Virus record (IMG/VR): IMGVR_UViG_3300021420_000017 | Span: 1 to 64,000 of that record | Strand: one strand, 5' to 3' | DNA from: a virus | Length of the DNA stretch: 64,000 bases | Shown here: in pieces, positions 1 to 10,660 of the stretch | How positions within the stretch are numbered: position 1 is the first letter of the stretch | Layout of the letters: each line of letters begins with the position of its first letter | Translations under genes and position numbers: made by a program | The notes under the pieces: model-generated | Database searches by the model: none | Told to the model about the DNA's origin: nothing | What the model saw: the letters and a program-made list of their open reading frames with translations, nothing else

Positions 1-91
1 GGTCGGGGCCGATCATCACCCCGCTGGAGGGCAGCTACTCCATCCAGTGGGCTCTCTCCGTGGATGAGCCCTCTCCCATTTCGGTCTAATC

Positions 92-1702
92 GTGGTCGCT
101 GTCTCCATTCTGGAACGACCACTGATGCCCAATGGTGGCTTCTATCACTCCTCGCGTGGTCTGTATCCTTTTCAGGCTGAAGCCGTCGCGCACATGCTCG
201 TCTACGGGCGCCTGATCGCCGTTGCTGACGTCGGGCTCGGCAAGACCCATATCGCCATGTGCACGGCCGCGAAGCTCTTCCAGCGGGGCGAGATCGACCT
301 GGTGATGATGGTCGGTCGCCGGAACAAGATCGTGGACCGCAATGAGTTCGCGGCCGACTGGGAGGAGTTCACCAGCTTCTCCAGCACCGTCTACCACGGT
401 ACTGGTCGTCAGGCCCGGTTGGGCAAGACTGGTGTCCCCCAGGTGTTCTTGACCACCTACGAGACCGGCAAGACCGAGCTGATGAAGATGATGCCCGCCC
501 CCAAGCGGAGCAAGGGAGTCAAAACTCCCGGCTCGCTGATGGATGCGCTCGACCTGCAAGGCAAGCGCATCTTGTGGATCTTCGATGAGATCACCCGCTT
601 CGGTAATCGGTCCAGTGATCTGTACCGGACCTATGAATGGGTGCTCAACACTCTGCGCAAGCAGGCCCCTCAGTATGTGCTCGGCCTCACCGCGACTCCC
701 TTCATGGACGACTACGAGCAGGCCTTCAACATCGGACGCCTGGTCGCTCCGGCTGAGATGCCCAGCATCGGTGCCTTCACCGAGACCTACGCCCGGGGCC
801 GCGATGATCGCAACAAGATGGTCTTCCGGGAGGAGATGCGCGAGCAGTTCGCGTCCCTGTTCCAGACCATCATCTACCGCAAGCGAGGCAGTGACCCCGA
901 CGTGATCTCGCAGATGCCCCGCCTGCTGCCCGATTTCTGGCCGGTGAGCCTGGACCCGCTGCAGCGCAAGTTCTACGACCGGATCGCCGAGATCTATTTC
1001 GATGAGGACAACGAGGATTACGCCGAGCTGGAGGACGAGCAGAAGAGCCATCTCGCGACGGTGCTCAAGCTCGTCTCGGGCCATCCGGCCGCCCTCCTGC
1101 ATGCCGATGACCCGTTGGCGACCGAGATTGTGGCAGCGGTCGGGGAGAAGGGCATCCGGGCGATCCCCTCGGGCAAGACGCTGGCCCTCATCGAGCGACT
1201 GGAGCCCCTGATCCGGGGACAGGGCTCCCAGGTGCTGCTGTTCAGCTTCTACGCCGATACGGTGATCCCTGAGGTCACCGCCGATCTGCGGTCGGCTGGC
1301 TACACGGTGGGGCTCTACACCGGCGCTCAGTCCGACTCCCAGAACCGGGAGTCCAAGCAGGCCTTCAAGTCCGGGCAGCTCCAGATCTTGTTCTCCTCCG
1401 ATGCTGGCTCGGAGGGGCTGAACCTGCCCGAAGCGGACTACATCATCGAATACGAGACGGCCAAGACTTGGGCCACCCGGGCGCAACGCTTCGGGCGGGG
1501 CACTCGACTCACCTCGACCTCGCCGGTGGTGCACGGCATCACCATGCTGGCCCAGGACACCCGTGAGGTCGGCATGCTGGCCAAGGTCTTTCGACGCAAG
1601 AACAACCAGGACATCCTGCTGGGCGATCTCGGGGCGCAGGGTCATATCACCGCCGCTGAGCTACGGACCATGCTCAACGCTAGTTACGAGGAGACATCTT
1701 GA
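92..1702 (+). CDS. SF2 (SNF2-like) helicase
   Basis: Motifs VADVGLGKT (I), IFDE (II), GLTATP (III), SSDAGSEGLNL (V), QRFGRGTR (VI). Confidence 0.88.
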   Translation: MVAVSILERPLMPNGGFYHSSRGLYPFQAEAVAHMLVYGRLIAVADVGLGKTHIAMCTAAKLFQRGEIDLVMMVGRRNKIVDRNEFAADWEEFTSFSSTVYHGTGRQARLGKTGVPQVFLTTYETGKTELMKMMPAPKRSKGVKTPGSLMDALDLQGKRILWIFDEITRFGNRSSDLYRTYEWVLNTLRKQAPQYVLGLTATPFMDDYEQAFNIGRLVAPAEMPSIGAFTETYARGRDDRNKMVFREEMREQFASLFQTIIYRKRGSDPDVISQMPRLLPDFWPVSLDPLQRKFYDRIAEIYFDEDNEDYAELEDEQKSHLATVLKLVSGHPAALLHADDPLATEIVAAVGEKGIRAIPSGKTLALIERLEPLIRGQGSQVLLFSFYADTVIPEVTADLRSAGYTVGLYTGAQSDSQNRESKQAFKSGQLQILFSSDAGSEGLNLPEADYIIEYETAKTWATRAQRFGRGTRLTSTSPVVHGITMLAQDTREVGMLAKVFRRKNNQDILLGDLGAQGHITAAELRTMLNASYEETS

Positions 1703-2037
1703 CCGAGATCGACGCGCGCATCGAACATCGCACTTTGACCGCATCTGTCCATCGCTGGACCTCAGAACAGGTGCGCGCAATGGATGAGCCGGTCATCTTC
1801 GATGTCGCGTTCCAGGTGATGCCCGATCCGCTCACGGAGGGTTTTCTGCCGATTGTGGCGATCTACCTGGAGGTGGCGGGCCCGCACGGGAAGGGTTACG
1901 TCTATGGCTGCCCGGTGCTCAATCCCGGGGCGCTCAAGGAAAACTTCGTCAAGGCTCTCGTGCGGGACGCTCTAGGTTCTCTGATCGCCACGCGCGAAGC
2001 CAAAGAGCGGGAAAGTCCGGTTTCTGCTTCCAACTAG
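1699..2037 (+). CDS. hypothetical protein
   Basis: 4-bp overlap with helicase stop, coding-like codon usage. Confidence 0.6.
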   Translation: MTEIDARIEHRTLTASVHRWTSEQVRAMDEPVIFDVAFQVMPDPLTEGFLPIVAIYLEVAGPHGKGYVYGCPVLNPGALKENFVKALVRDALGSLIATREAKERESPVSASN

Positions 2038-2204
2038 CGTTCGGGCGCAGACCGGGTATAGGGTCACTTTTCGGTACCCGGATATGGTGCGGGGCCCTGG
2101 AGCATGAGTCAGGTTGACTACTCTCCAAGGCCCCGCGATCTCGTCGCCAAACGAGTACCCCTCACAGGAGCGCTAACACCAGCAGAGGAGGCACGTCAGA
2201 GTCT

Positions 2205-3299
2205 ATGGATGTCGATGCCCAAGATGCAAGTTCTCCCCCATATTGGTGGGCCACGATTCGTACTGCGTTGCTGTCCGGCGTCTCTGTAGCCGAAGCGCGT
2301 ATCGCTGCGGCCCTTCTCATCGACCCCGACTCACTCAGTGGCAGTCGGGCTCTGGAGCGCGCTTGTGGCCTATCTCGGTCCACGGTGCTGAACACGATCC
2401 CAGCAGAGGGTGAGTCTTCGGATCTGCTCCACGCGGTGAGCCGGGGTGAGTCCGGATTGATCGATCCCCGTCCGATGGATGTCCGAGTAGTCCACCGGCA
2501 CTCGGCAGGCCAGGATGCTAATACCTTTAGTTCTTTAGGTAGCTCTCCGTGTGATGAGAGTGAAAAAGTAGTTGCTTTAGTTCAATTAGCTATTACTACC
2601 TATGAAACAGACAAAACTAGCGAAACCAATGAGCGCGCACGTACGCAGGCGCACACCCGCGCGCACGGATATCAACGGCTGCTGGACCCGTCAAGAGATC
2701 TGTGGTCCAACTCTCGACAAGACTCCGTTGGCACTGCGCGGGCCGGAGATCTGGGCTGGGTGTTGGCCACCGTTTACGGACCGGCCGAGCGCACGGTGAG
2801 CTACGAGGAGGTCCGGACCCTGCTCGGACTCAGTCCCCGAGGCCTCTCGGCGGCCCTGAGGCGGCTGGAGAGCGGCGGATGGGTGCGTAGGGAGCGCCAG
2901 GCTGGGCGCTGGGTCATTCGGATGCTCTGGTGGCTGTTGGCCGAGCCCGAGGCAGAGGAGATCGTGGGCCCGCGAGGCAGGCAGCGCTCTCATGGGATCC
3001 GACACGCGGGTGAGACGAAGATTTTCCAACGTCGGCGCACCCCGCTAGGTTTGATCGCCTGGGTGACGTGCAAGGAGCGAGCGGCCGGGATCGAGCAGAT
3101 TTGCTCAACCAGCTCGCCCGAGTGGGTCGCCCTGATCGAGAGCGGGACCGAGCAGGAGATCTATGAGCACATGAAACGTGAGCGCGATGCGATGAACAAG
3201 CCCGAGCCTGTAGTAACATCAACTTCAGTCGTCGCCAGTACCGAGCTAGCCAAGAAGAGCGAGTATTACTCACCATTCGCCATCTTCAGCGATTCTTGA
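2205..3299 (+). CDS. winged-HTH DNA-binding protein, candidate replication initiator
   Basis: Two HTH-like segments (ALERACGLSRSTV; EVRTLLGLSPRGLSAALRRLESGGWVRR) separated by an AT-rich low-complexity linker. Confidence 0.55.
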   Translation: MDVDAQDASSPPYWWATIRTALLSGVSVAEARIAAALLIDPDSLSGSRALERACGLSRSTVLNTIPAEGESSDLLHAVSRGESGLIDPRPMDVRVVHRHSAGQDANTFSSLGSSPCDESEKVVALVQLAITTYETDKTSETNERARTQAHTRAHGYQRLLDPSRDLWSNSRQDSVGTARAGDLGWVLATVYGPAERTVSYEEVRTLLGLSPRGLSAALRRLESGGWVRRERQAGRWVIRMLWWLLAEPEAEEIVGPRGRQRSHGIRHAGETKIFQRRRTPLGLIAWVTCKERAAGIEQICSTSSPEWVALIESGTEQEIYEHMKRERDAMNKPEPVVTSTSVVASTELAKKSEYYSPFAIFSDS

Positions 3300-3323
3300 T
3301 ACTCACCGTCGCAGCCCTAGAGT
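3296..3323 (+). promoter_or_regulatory. SigA-like promoter for DinG operon
   Basis: TTGATA-N16-TAGAGT, with CTC right after the -35 as in the other copies. Confidence 0.7.
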
Positions 3324-3359
3324 GATCACCACAAGACACCGACGAAGGAGCCAATCGAG

Positions 3360-5318
3360 ATGAGCTGGGACGAAGCGGAACTGAAGTTCGCGGAGGCGTT
3401 CACGGGATACGAGTCCCGGCCCGGTCAGCGAGCGCTCGGGCTGGCTGCGGAGAAGGCTCTCTCCTCCGGTGCTCATCTCATCGCGCAGGCTCCGTGTGGC
3501 ACCGGAAAATCGTTCGTAGCGCAAGTTTCTGGGGTTGACCACGCCTTCGCTGAGAAGGCGCCCGTCATCCTCGCCACTGCGACCAAGTCGCTTCAGGACC
3601 AGTACATCCGGGACTGCGAGGCCCTGACCAAGATCTACGTCGACTTCAAGTTCGCCCTGCTCAAGGGCCGTTCGAACTACGTGTGTGTCGCCAAGCTGGA
3701 AGAGAACCCGGCCACTGAGATCGACCTGGAACTGGTGCGGGCCGCGATTCGTGAGCCTGAGGCCTCCGGCGACCTGGACCGGCTCGGGCTAGCCCTGAGT
3801 AGCCGTGACCGGGGCCTGTTGAGCACCACTTCGGATGAGTGCCCCGGCAAGAAGGAGTGCCCCTTCGGCGACGTGTGCCTGACTGAGCGAGCCAAGAACA
3901 AGGCTTCTGAGGCGCAGCTCGTCATCACCAACCACTCGTTGCTGGTGCTGGATGCCGAGCTGAAGAACATGAGCGAGGGTTCTGGTCTGCTCCCGGAGTA
4001 TTCCGGGGTAATCGTTGACGAGGCGCACGAACTCAGTGAATATGCGACAAACATCCTCGGGGGAGAGATCACGGAGCGCTCGATCGCCAACCTGGCCGCC
4101 GACGTGGCCAGCTTCGTGGATGACGATGTCCTGCGACTGAAGACCATCGCCTCACTGGACAAGTTCTTCGCCGCCCTGGCGAGCAAGCTGCCCCCGGTGC
4201 AGACGCGGGAGAACACGACCCTGCTGACGCCGGACATGATCGTGGACGTGGAGGAGTTCTTGATCCCGATGACGCGCTGCTTCACCGAAATGAGCGCAGC
4301 CGTCAAGGCCAAGTCCATCCATGGTGACGACCAGGCCGCGCAGAAGCGCAAGCGGCTGGCCAAGCGGATCACGTCGCTCAAGGGCAAGCTCCTCGACGTG
4401 GTGACCAAGGACTTCGCCGAGCTGGTGCGCTGGGTGGAGCGGGAGTCCAAGACCGACCGGGCGGGCAACACCTACAGCTACGCGGCCCTGAAGTACGCCC
4501 CGCTGAGCGTGGCGGCCGACCTGAAGGCCAAGATCTGGGATCTGGTCCCGGCCGTGCTGATGAGTGCGACCGTGGCCATCGGCGGGGACTTCGCCTTCCA
4601 GCAAGAGCAGCTCGGCTTGCTGGGCAGCCAGACTTTCGACTGCGAGTCGCCCTTTGATTTCACCACTCAGGCTCGGACCTACATCCCGACCGACGATCTG
4701 GCCAAGGTCGGGGAGATGGCCGAGCTGATCAAGGCCGCCGACGGGCGCACGCTGGCCTTGTTCACGAGCTGGAAGGGCCTCAATGAGGCCTACGCGCTGG
4801 TGGCCCCGGTGGTGCAGCAGATGGGTCACCGGGTGCTCAAGCAGGGCCAGATGCCGCCCCGGATGCTGGCCCAGGCCTTCGCCGACGACGAGCACTCGGT
4901 GCTGTTCGGGGTGAAGAGCTTCATGACCGGGCTCGACATTCAGGGCGACTCGCTGCGGCTGGTCATCATCGACAAGCTGCCCTTCCCGGTCCCCTCCGAT
5001 GTGGTCTTCAAGGCCCGCGCGGAGCTGATCGACGCGCAGGCCCGCAACAAGTGGGTGGACGGGGCCTTCCCCAAGCTCAGCATCCCGATGATGGCCCTGA
5101 CTCTGCTGCAGGCGCACGGGCGCCTGATCCGCAGCATGGATGACCGAGGGCTGGTCGCGATCATGGACTCGCGGATGTGCCCGGCCAAGAAGGACGGCAA
5201 GGCGATCGCCAAGTCCTATGGGATGAAGATCGTCAAAGCTCTGCCGAATGCGCCGATCCTCACATCGTTGCCCGAGGCGGTCAGTTACCTGCACAGCCTG
5301 GAAGGGGCGTCGGTCTGA
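3360..5318 (+). CDS. dinG: DinG/YoaA-family Fe-S helicase
   Basis: APCGTGKS, LKGRSNYVC, Cys cluster ECPGKKECPFGDVC, VIVDEAHE, VLMSAT, GLDIQGDSLRLVIIDKLPFP, QAHGRLIRS. Confidence 0.93.
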   Translation: MSWDEAELKFAEAFTGYESRPGQRALGLAAEKALSSGAHLIAQAPCGTGKSFVAQVSGVDHAFAEKAPVILATATKSLQDQYIRDCEALTKIYVDFKFALLKGRSNYVCVAKLEENPATEIDLELVRAAIREPEASGDLDRLGLALSSRDRGLLSTTSDECPGKKECPFGDVCLTERAKNKASEAQLVITNHSLLVLDAELKNMSEGSGLLPEYSGVIVDEAHELSEYATNILGGEITERSIANLAADVASFVDDDVLRLKTIASLDKFFAALASKLPPVQTRENTTLLTPDMIVDVEEFLIPMTRCFTEMSAAVKAKSIHGDDQAAQKRKRLAKRITSLKGKLLDVVTKDFAELVRWVERESKTDRAGNTYSYAALKYAPLSVAADLKAKIWDLVPAVLMSATVAIGGDFAFQQEQLGLLGSQTFDCESPFDFTTQARTYIPTDDLAKVGEMAELIKAADGRTLALFTSWKGLNEAYALVAPVVQQMGHRVLKQGQMPPRMLAQAFADDEHSVLFGVKSFMTGLDIQGDSLRLVIIDKLPFPVPSDVVFKARAELIDAQARNKWVDGAFPKLSIPMMALTLLQAHGRLIRSMDDRGLVAIMDSRMCPAKKDGKAIAKSYGMKIVKALPNAPILTSLPEAVSYLHSLEGASV

Positions 5319-5635
5319 TGGCCGATCACATGCTGACGGTCACGAACGAGACCGACGAGGACGGTCATATCACGCAGATACTCAAGATGACCTGCACCGC
5401 TCCGGTCGGAGCCAGATGCCGGATGCACTGCCCAGTAGGCTGTTTTGAATGGTCATTCAATCATAATCACAAACTGATTGACTATGGAAAGTGTTTAGCG
5501 GTCGAGGGGCTGGATGCAGTTGACTATGTGGGCTATGAAGATAAGGTCTATGAGTCAGGTCCGGTGAACGTTTACTGGTCAGATGAGAGCTGGGAGTTCG
5601 AACCCATCACAGATAAGGTGGCAAATGAGGACTAA
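5318..5635 (+). CDS. hypothetical Cys-containing protein
   Basis: TGATG coupling to dinG stop (start moved from the track's 5177). Confidence 0.6.
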   Translation: MADHMLTVTNETDEDGHITQILKMTCTAPVGARCRMHCPVGCFEWSFNHNHKLIDYGKCLAVEGLDAVDYVGYEDKVYESGPVNVYWSDESWEFEPITDKVANED

Positions 5636-5948
5636 TCTGCGTGAGCACCTGGATAGGGTCGGTATGACTGATGCTCGATCGACGGATGTAATGACTGACA
5701 TTCGTATTGTGATGGCAGACCACATGATCAATGTGGTCGAGTCTGCGATGCTGGACGAGGGGATAGACGAGAAGACTATCCAGCGCGTGGTGCGGTTGAT
5801 CATCTATGGCGTCTCCGGAACTCCGGATCAGGTAATGCAAGCGCAGATGATTAGCACGGAGCGACAGCAGGAGAAGGAACGCAATATGTATCCGCTCATG
5901 CATCTTCCGGCTCATTTGATTCCGACGCTTTCGGATGATCAGTCGTGA
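5625..5948 (+). CDS. hypothetical protein
   Basis: ATG at 5625 overlapping previous gene end. Confidence 0.55.
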   Translation: MRTNLREHLDRVGMTDARSTDVMTDIRIVMADHMINVVESAMLDEGIDEKTIQRVVRLIIYGVSGTPDQVMQAQMISTERQQEKERNMYPLMHLPAHLIPTLSDDQS

Positions 5949-6379
5949 GGGAGAAGTGGGGTCAGAAAGAGCCCCCTGGTGCCCCGCCGGTCAAGATGGG
6001 TGACGGTATGCCCCCGCCAGCTACGAGCAGTAGATACGGCAAGAGGTTCGATGAGCGGGCCGACGAGTGGGCCTGCTTGGAGAACGATCACGACAAGATG
6101 CACCCCGGCCGAGACCAGTGCGGTGGTGTCGGGGGTTGCCCGATGATGCGTGAGGCTGTCGGGATCGAGCAGTCGCTGATCGAGCTTCTGGAGTCTTGGC
6201 GGGCGGGCTGCGCCTCGATGACCCCAGAGCATCAGGTGGATTACGGCCATTTCGGTTGGCGCTGTACCTGTGGCGCTGGCACCGATTGGCCGCTCGCTCC
6301 GGTAGCTCGCGCGCGGGCTGCATCTGACTTACATCTACGGGCTGTAAACCGTCGCGCTTTGAAAGAGGCAGGTCGATGA
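5945..6379 (+). CDS. hypothetical protein with Cys/His motifs
   Basis: GTGA coupling; WRCTCG motif. Confidence 0.55.
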   Translation: MREKWGQKEPPGAPPVKMGDGMPPPATSSRYGKRFDERADEWACLENDHDKMHPGRDQCGGVGGCPMMREAVGIEQSLIELLESWRAGCASMTPEHQVDYGHFGWRCTCGAGTDWPLAPVARARAASDLHLRAVNRRALKEAGR

Positions 6380-6579
6380 TCCCAGCAAACGAGGGGACTG
6401 CAGCGTCGTACGCGCCGACCATGTATGAGTGCCTCGTTAAGGCTGGAGTACCCCGCTTCTACGAAGAGGCCGCGCTTAATGCTGTCCGAGACTGGATTGG
6501 TTCGTGGCGGGGCCTGCCTGAAACGCCGGAGACGTTGCTGGCTTCCCTCGCAGGCGGACGGCCTGGAGGTAAGTGGTGA
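6376..6579 (+). CDS. hypothetical protein
   Basis: ATGA coupling. Confidence 0.55.
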   Translation: MIPANEGTAASYAPTMYECLVKAGVPRFYEEAALNAVRDWIGSWRGLPETPETLLASLAGGRPGGKW

Positions 6580-7058
6580 CCCCAGTAGACACAGCAGCAG
6601 CCCGGGAACTAGCCGGAGCCGCGACACCAGGGCCGTGGATCTTAACCCGCCCGAACCAATGCTGCTCGGGGTTCTGTGTCATCAACGATGATGGCGACGG
6701 GTCGATACACAACCGCTATGCGTGTACCGATCTTGACTTCGTTGCAGCTGCCCGCGATCTGGTTCCTGCGATGGCTGATGAGATCGACTCCCTGCGGGCT
6801 CTGAACGCCGAGCTACAAGCTGCGCTGAAATACAGCAACAACGCCCGGGAGATTATGCGCCAAGAGAAGGAGCATGGATGGCAGGAAGCGGAGAAGTTCG
6901 AGGACCGCGCCACGCATGCTGAGGCGCAGGTGAAGCGGGTACTCGACGTCTGCGATCAGTACGTTTTCTACTGCTATCCGTCGCCGGTGGGTGATAGTTC
7001 GCCTGACCGGGTTGTGCTGGTCGAGGACATCCGCAGGGCTGTGGGTGATACCCGGTGA
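6573..7058 (+). CDS. Ead/Ea22-like phage protein
   Basis: ATPGPW ... DLDFVAAARDLVPAMADEIDSLR pattern followed by coiled coil. Confidence 0.6.
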   Translation: MVTPVDTAAARELAGAATPGPWILTRPNQCCSGFCVINDDGDGSIHNRYACTDLDFVAAARDLVPAMADEIDSLRALNAELQAALKYSNNAREIMRQEKEHGWQEAEKFEDRATHAEAQVKRVLDVCDQYVFYCYPSPVGDSSPDRVVLVEDIRRAVGDTR

Positions 7059-8441
7059 GCACCGAGAGGACGAAAGCGCAGGACCGCGATGTCGCTCAGC
7101 TAAGTGGCTTACGGCGGGCTATCTACTATGCGGCCATCTCACGCGGCAAAGGGCATGAGGACGCTTTACGGCTGGCGTCGGCTCGCTGCTGCACTGCCAC
7201 TTCGGGACACGCGCCCAGTTGCGAGAACGCCGTCGAGGAATGGGACAAATGAGCACCGAGCACACCACTCACCATGACGACTGCGGGTGCCTGACCGCGA
7301 GGTATGAGGCGCAGCTCGCCGCGCTGCGGGCTGAGAACGCCGCGCAGGCAGCCACCATCGCAGCCATCCGCGAGCTGGTCGATCACATGAAGGGGAGCCC
7401 TGCTGAGAATGTCCGGGCGTGGGCTGAGATCGATCTAGATCCATTGCTGGCCGGTCAGGAGCCGACACAGTGAGCGCGCCGCCGCTCTTGACCCGCCGGA
7501 ACTACCTCATCTCCAAGGTGTCGCTGGCGGGGGCGCACTGGATTCTCGCGACCGAGGCTGTCGCGTCTACCGCTATTGAGCACCCGGAGTGGGACATGGA
7601 CGAGCAGAAGACTTGGACCGAATGGGAGGACAGCACCGATGACCAGCGCTGAGACCAGGTATTGCGATTACTGCCAGCGCTACAGCCCCAGGTACGTCGT
7701 GCGCTCTGACGATGAGGTGACCGAGGTGTGTGCGCGGCACCTGACAGGAGTAGTCGACCGACTGTCCGAAGGTCAGGACACCTACCTGACGGTAGCGCCG
7801 TTTGGAGGTACTGATGACCAGCACTGAGCAACCAAGCACGGCGGATAAAGGCCGGAAGCTCGCGAAGTGGCTCGACTTCATGTTCAGCGGCCCGCAGATA
7901 GGCGATCAGGTCCGGGTGTTGTGCGACGAGATCGACCGCATGGCCGCCCAGGTGGCTACCGCTGAACAGCGGGGACGGGAAGAAGGTCAGCCCGACGAAT
8001 GGCCACCACACTGGGCCAACTACGAGAAGCTCTCCGATCTGCATGCCCTCTACCACGGACAGACCGGCAACATGCTCGGTAAGGCCGAATGCGGCTGGGA
8101 GCGTTGCGACTTCTGGGAGACCGCTGAGTTCACTCTTGACGCATCCGCGGTGCTCGCCGGGTATCAGTGGGGACGGCGAGACGCACTGGCGTCTGTTGAG
8201 GATGTGATCAAGGACCGACAGGGGATCGGGTCAGAGGCGGTGCGGATCATCCGTGACCTAGCCGCGCTCGACCGCGAAATGTCCCGTGCTCGTGCTGGGG
8301 AGGTTGACACCGATGACTGAAAGATTCTGGTTCGTCGTGCACAACGTGGTGGCGCATCCACTGCTGGTGCTGCTTCCGCCTGTTGGTGGCCGGTTGCATG
8401 AGTTCAGTGCTAACCGCATGGGCGGGGAGGTTGACCAGTGA
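7055..8441 (+). other. run of coupled small hypothetical genes: 7055-7252, 7249-7473, 7470-7652, 7639-7827, 7814-8320, 8313-8441
   Basis: Overlapping starts/stops with GGAGG sites; 8313-8441 (MTERFWFVVHNVVAHP..., 42 aa) is absent from the ORF track. Confidence 0.6.
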
Positions 8442-8728
8442 ACAAACTAGTGCGCCTAATCGTATTGGTGTCACGCGAGAATCTTGAAGGCAAACTAGAC
8501 GAGTTAAATGAATCAGGGGCAACCCCTACATTGGCGGCGATCGACCGAAATGGCGTTGCGTTCCTCGCTTCATTGCACGAGGTCGATGGCGATATCACGG
8601 AACTCGTCTTCATCGGAGTGAATGAAGACGGTGGGCCTACTGCTCTCAGACGATGTGACGAGTGCGCCAAAGAACCATGGGACTGGGCTCCGCAGTACCC
8701 GGTCTACGTGATGGAGGTTGACCAGTGA
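8438..8728 (+). CDS. hypothetical protein
   Basis: Bounded on both sides by the GGAGGTTGACCAGTGA junction repeat. Confidence 0.6.
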   Translation: MNKLVRLIVLVSRENLEGKLDELNESGATPTLAAIDRNGVAFLASLHEVDGDITELVFIGVNEDGGPTALRRCDECAKEPWDWAPQYPVYVMEVDQ

Positions 8729-9108
8729 GGTACCGAAGAAGGCCCGTAGAGGTCGAGGCGATGCGGTGGACTGAGCCTCCGCGAGCAACGCCAGCCGATC
8801 AGGCAGAGTGCGCTGCTGAGATCGTCGACTGGGTAAACGCCAACGGCGGCGAAGCGCGGTATCAGCGCGACTGGGACCCGACGATGCCCGAACGTCCTGG
8901 GCCGGATGAGGCACACATTGCCATCCGCGCGATCACCGGCTGGGTCTACGCCAAGCCCGGCGACTACATCGTAATGAATCCGGGCAAGATCGTGGACTAC
9001 CGCATCCACGAGGACAGCGGTCTTGATCTTCCGGTATACGATCCGCCGCCGTCTTTCGCCGTGCTCGACTCGAAGACGTTCGAGCGCAGCTGGGAGGCCA
9101 TCCAGTGA
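8725..9108 (+). CDS. phage protein of the RxRPVxVEA...PGDYIV type (paralog of 51993-52409)
   Basis: RRRPVEVEAMRW, WVNANGGEARY, AKPGDYIV, FERSWEAIQ. Confidence 0.65.
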   Translation: MRYRRRPVEVEAMRWTEPPRATPADQAECAAEIVDWVNANGGEARYQRDWDPTMPERPGPDEAHIAIRAITGWVYAKPGDYIVMNPGKIVDYRIHEDSGLDLPVYDPPPSFAVLDSKTFERSWEAIQ

Positions 9109-9680
9109 CCGGGATCAGCGGTGATGACCGGGTAAACGATGTGATAGACGAGCTATCGATGCTCACCGACACGGTGATGACGCAAGCGGCCATCAAGGAT
9201 TTCGCTGCCAGGTACGCGCCTGCGTGGCGGCAGGTGCTCAGCGAATTTGAGGCCGCTGCTGAACAGCGGGGCTATGACCGAGGGCGCGCCAGCGCCGATG
9301 TCGACGCACAGCCCTGTACGACCTGTGAGGAGTCAACTGGAAATCCGGACACCTTCTGTGATGCCTGCAAGCTGAATGATCTGGAAGAGGATTGCGATCG
9401 ACTGCGCGGTCAGCTCGTCGTCGCGAATGACCAGATTAGGTCGCTGTGCGCTGAAGCGGAGTCGCAACTCGCGGAGATTCGTTCGGCTGAACAGCGGGGG
9501 CGGGAAGCCGCTTATGCCGCGATCGATCGTCTGCCCCGTCGATCGGGCACCCCTGAGTGGAGTTCTCACCGCGCAGAGACTCAGGCAGCGGGCTACGACA
9601 TGGGCCTCGCTGCTGCACGCGATGCTGTGATCAGCATCACACTAAAAGAAGTGGCCGGTGTCGAGAGTTCTCAAGGTTAG
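9105..9680 (+). CDS. hypothetical coiled-coil protein with AEQRG repeats
   Basis: GTGA coupling; CxxC..CxxC; two AEQRG modules. Confidence 0.6.
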   Translation: MTGISGDDRVNDVIDELSMLTDTVMTQAAIKDFAARYAPAWRQVLSEFEAAAEQRGYDRGRASADVDAQPCTTCEESTGNPDTFCDACKLNDLEEDCDRLRGQLVVANDQIRSLCAEAESQLAEIRSAEQRGREAAYAAIDRLPRRSGTPEWSSHRAETQAAGYDMGLAAARDAVISITLKEVAGVESSQG

Positions 9681-9686
9681 GTTGGC

Positions 9687-9714
9687 TTGTTACTCGCCAC
9701 AGAACCGCTAAGGT
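9687..9714 (+). promoter_or_regulatory. SigA-like promoter
   Basis: TTGTTA-CTC-N13-TAAGGT; GTCGCCAA at 9759-9766 just before ATG 9768. Confidence 0.65.
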
Positions 9715-9767
9715 AATAACCAATAAACAACTCAGCTACTTGCACACAGAAGGAAGTCGTCGCCAAC

Positions 9768-10469
9768 ATGACCCTCACCCCTGCCGCCGGAGTTGAACTT
9801 AAGGCCCTGCTCGCCAGTAACGGGACCTCTGTCACTGATCTTCTGGAGCGTCTAGCCACTCGGCCCAAGCCGCCGACCGACGAGGACCGCAAGCCGATCC
9901 CTGTCGTGGTGCCGGTCAGCGACGAGCAGAAGAAGATCCTCAAGGCCATCATCGCCCGCGCCGAGAAGTTCGCCTTCCCGGCCGAGCCTCGCGTGCTTAC
10001 CGACGCCGAGGCGCGGGAGGCGATCTCGATCTATCGGGACATCAAGCAGGCCTCCGCCGCGCTGGCTAACTTCGAGGCAGCCTTCAAGGCCACTTTCCAC
10101 AACTCACTCGACGTGGCCCTGGTTGCGGCCGGGGAGGACAAGGGAGTCCCCCAGAACGGTGATGGGCACTACGTCGCGCGGGGCGAGATCGCCCCCGCCG
10201 GGATCGAGGTCATGATCCGGCGTGAGACCTCCGGTGGCGCGGCTGCTGCGCTGACCCTGGCGGATTTGGCCGACATGGAGGCCAAGGGCGACATCACGCA
10301 CAAAGAGTACCTCGCGATGACCCGTGAGGTGCCCCGGGTACTGGTCCCCGACGCGATCATGGCCCACGTACGCAAGGCGCCCGAGTTCACCAAGGTGCTC
10401 AAGCGCTATGCCCGGCTGACCACCCCGACCGCGAGCATCAATATCCGACCGAACAAGGTCAAGAAGTAG
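9768..10469 (+). CDS. hypothetical protein
   Basis: Strong codon bias, own promoter. Confidence 0.75.
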   Translation: MTLTPAAGVELKALLASNGTSVTDLLERLATRPKPPTDEDRKPIPVVVPVSDEQKKILKAIIARAEKFAFPAEPRVLTDAEAREAISIYRDIKQASAALANFEAAFKATFHNSLDVALVAAGEDKGVPQNGDGHYVARGEIAPAGIEVMIRRETSGGAAAALTLADLADMEAKGDITHKEYLAMTREVPRVLVPDAIMAHVRKAPEFTKVLKRYARLTTPTASINIRPNKVKK

Positions 10470-10477
10470 GCGAACCA

Positions 10478-10660
10478 ATGAATCTGGATGATTTCATCGA
10501 GAAGCTCAAACTGATCGAAAGCGAAAATCCCAACGCTGGTGTGATGGTACTTGGTTCGAATGGGATTATCAGTGAGATCATTGATGTCAAACACGAGTGG
10601 GAAGATGAGTACGACGGAGTCAGAGGATCGACGGTATGGATACGGGTTGACGAGTTCTGA
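10478..10660 (+). CDS. hypothetical protein
   Basis: Short acidic ORF in operon orientation. Confidence 0.55.
   Translation: MNLDDFIEKLKLIESENPNAGVMVLGSNGIISEIIDVKHEWEDEYDGVRGSTVWIRVDEF

Noticed and set aside
2104-2289. 61-aa ORF as a frameshifted N-terminus of the 2205 gene
   Set aside because: No slippery site or motif; it covers what looks like leader DNA containing GTCGCCAA.
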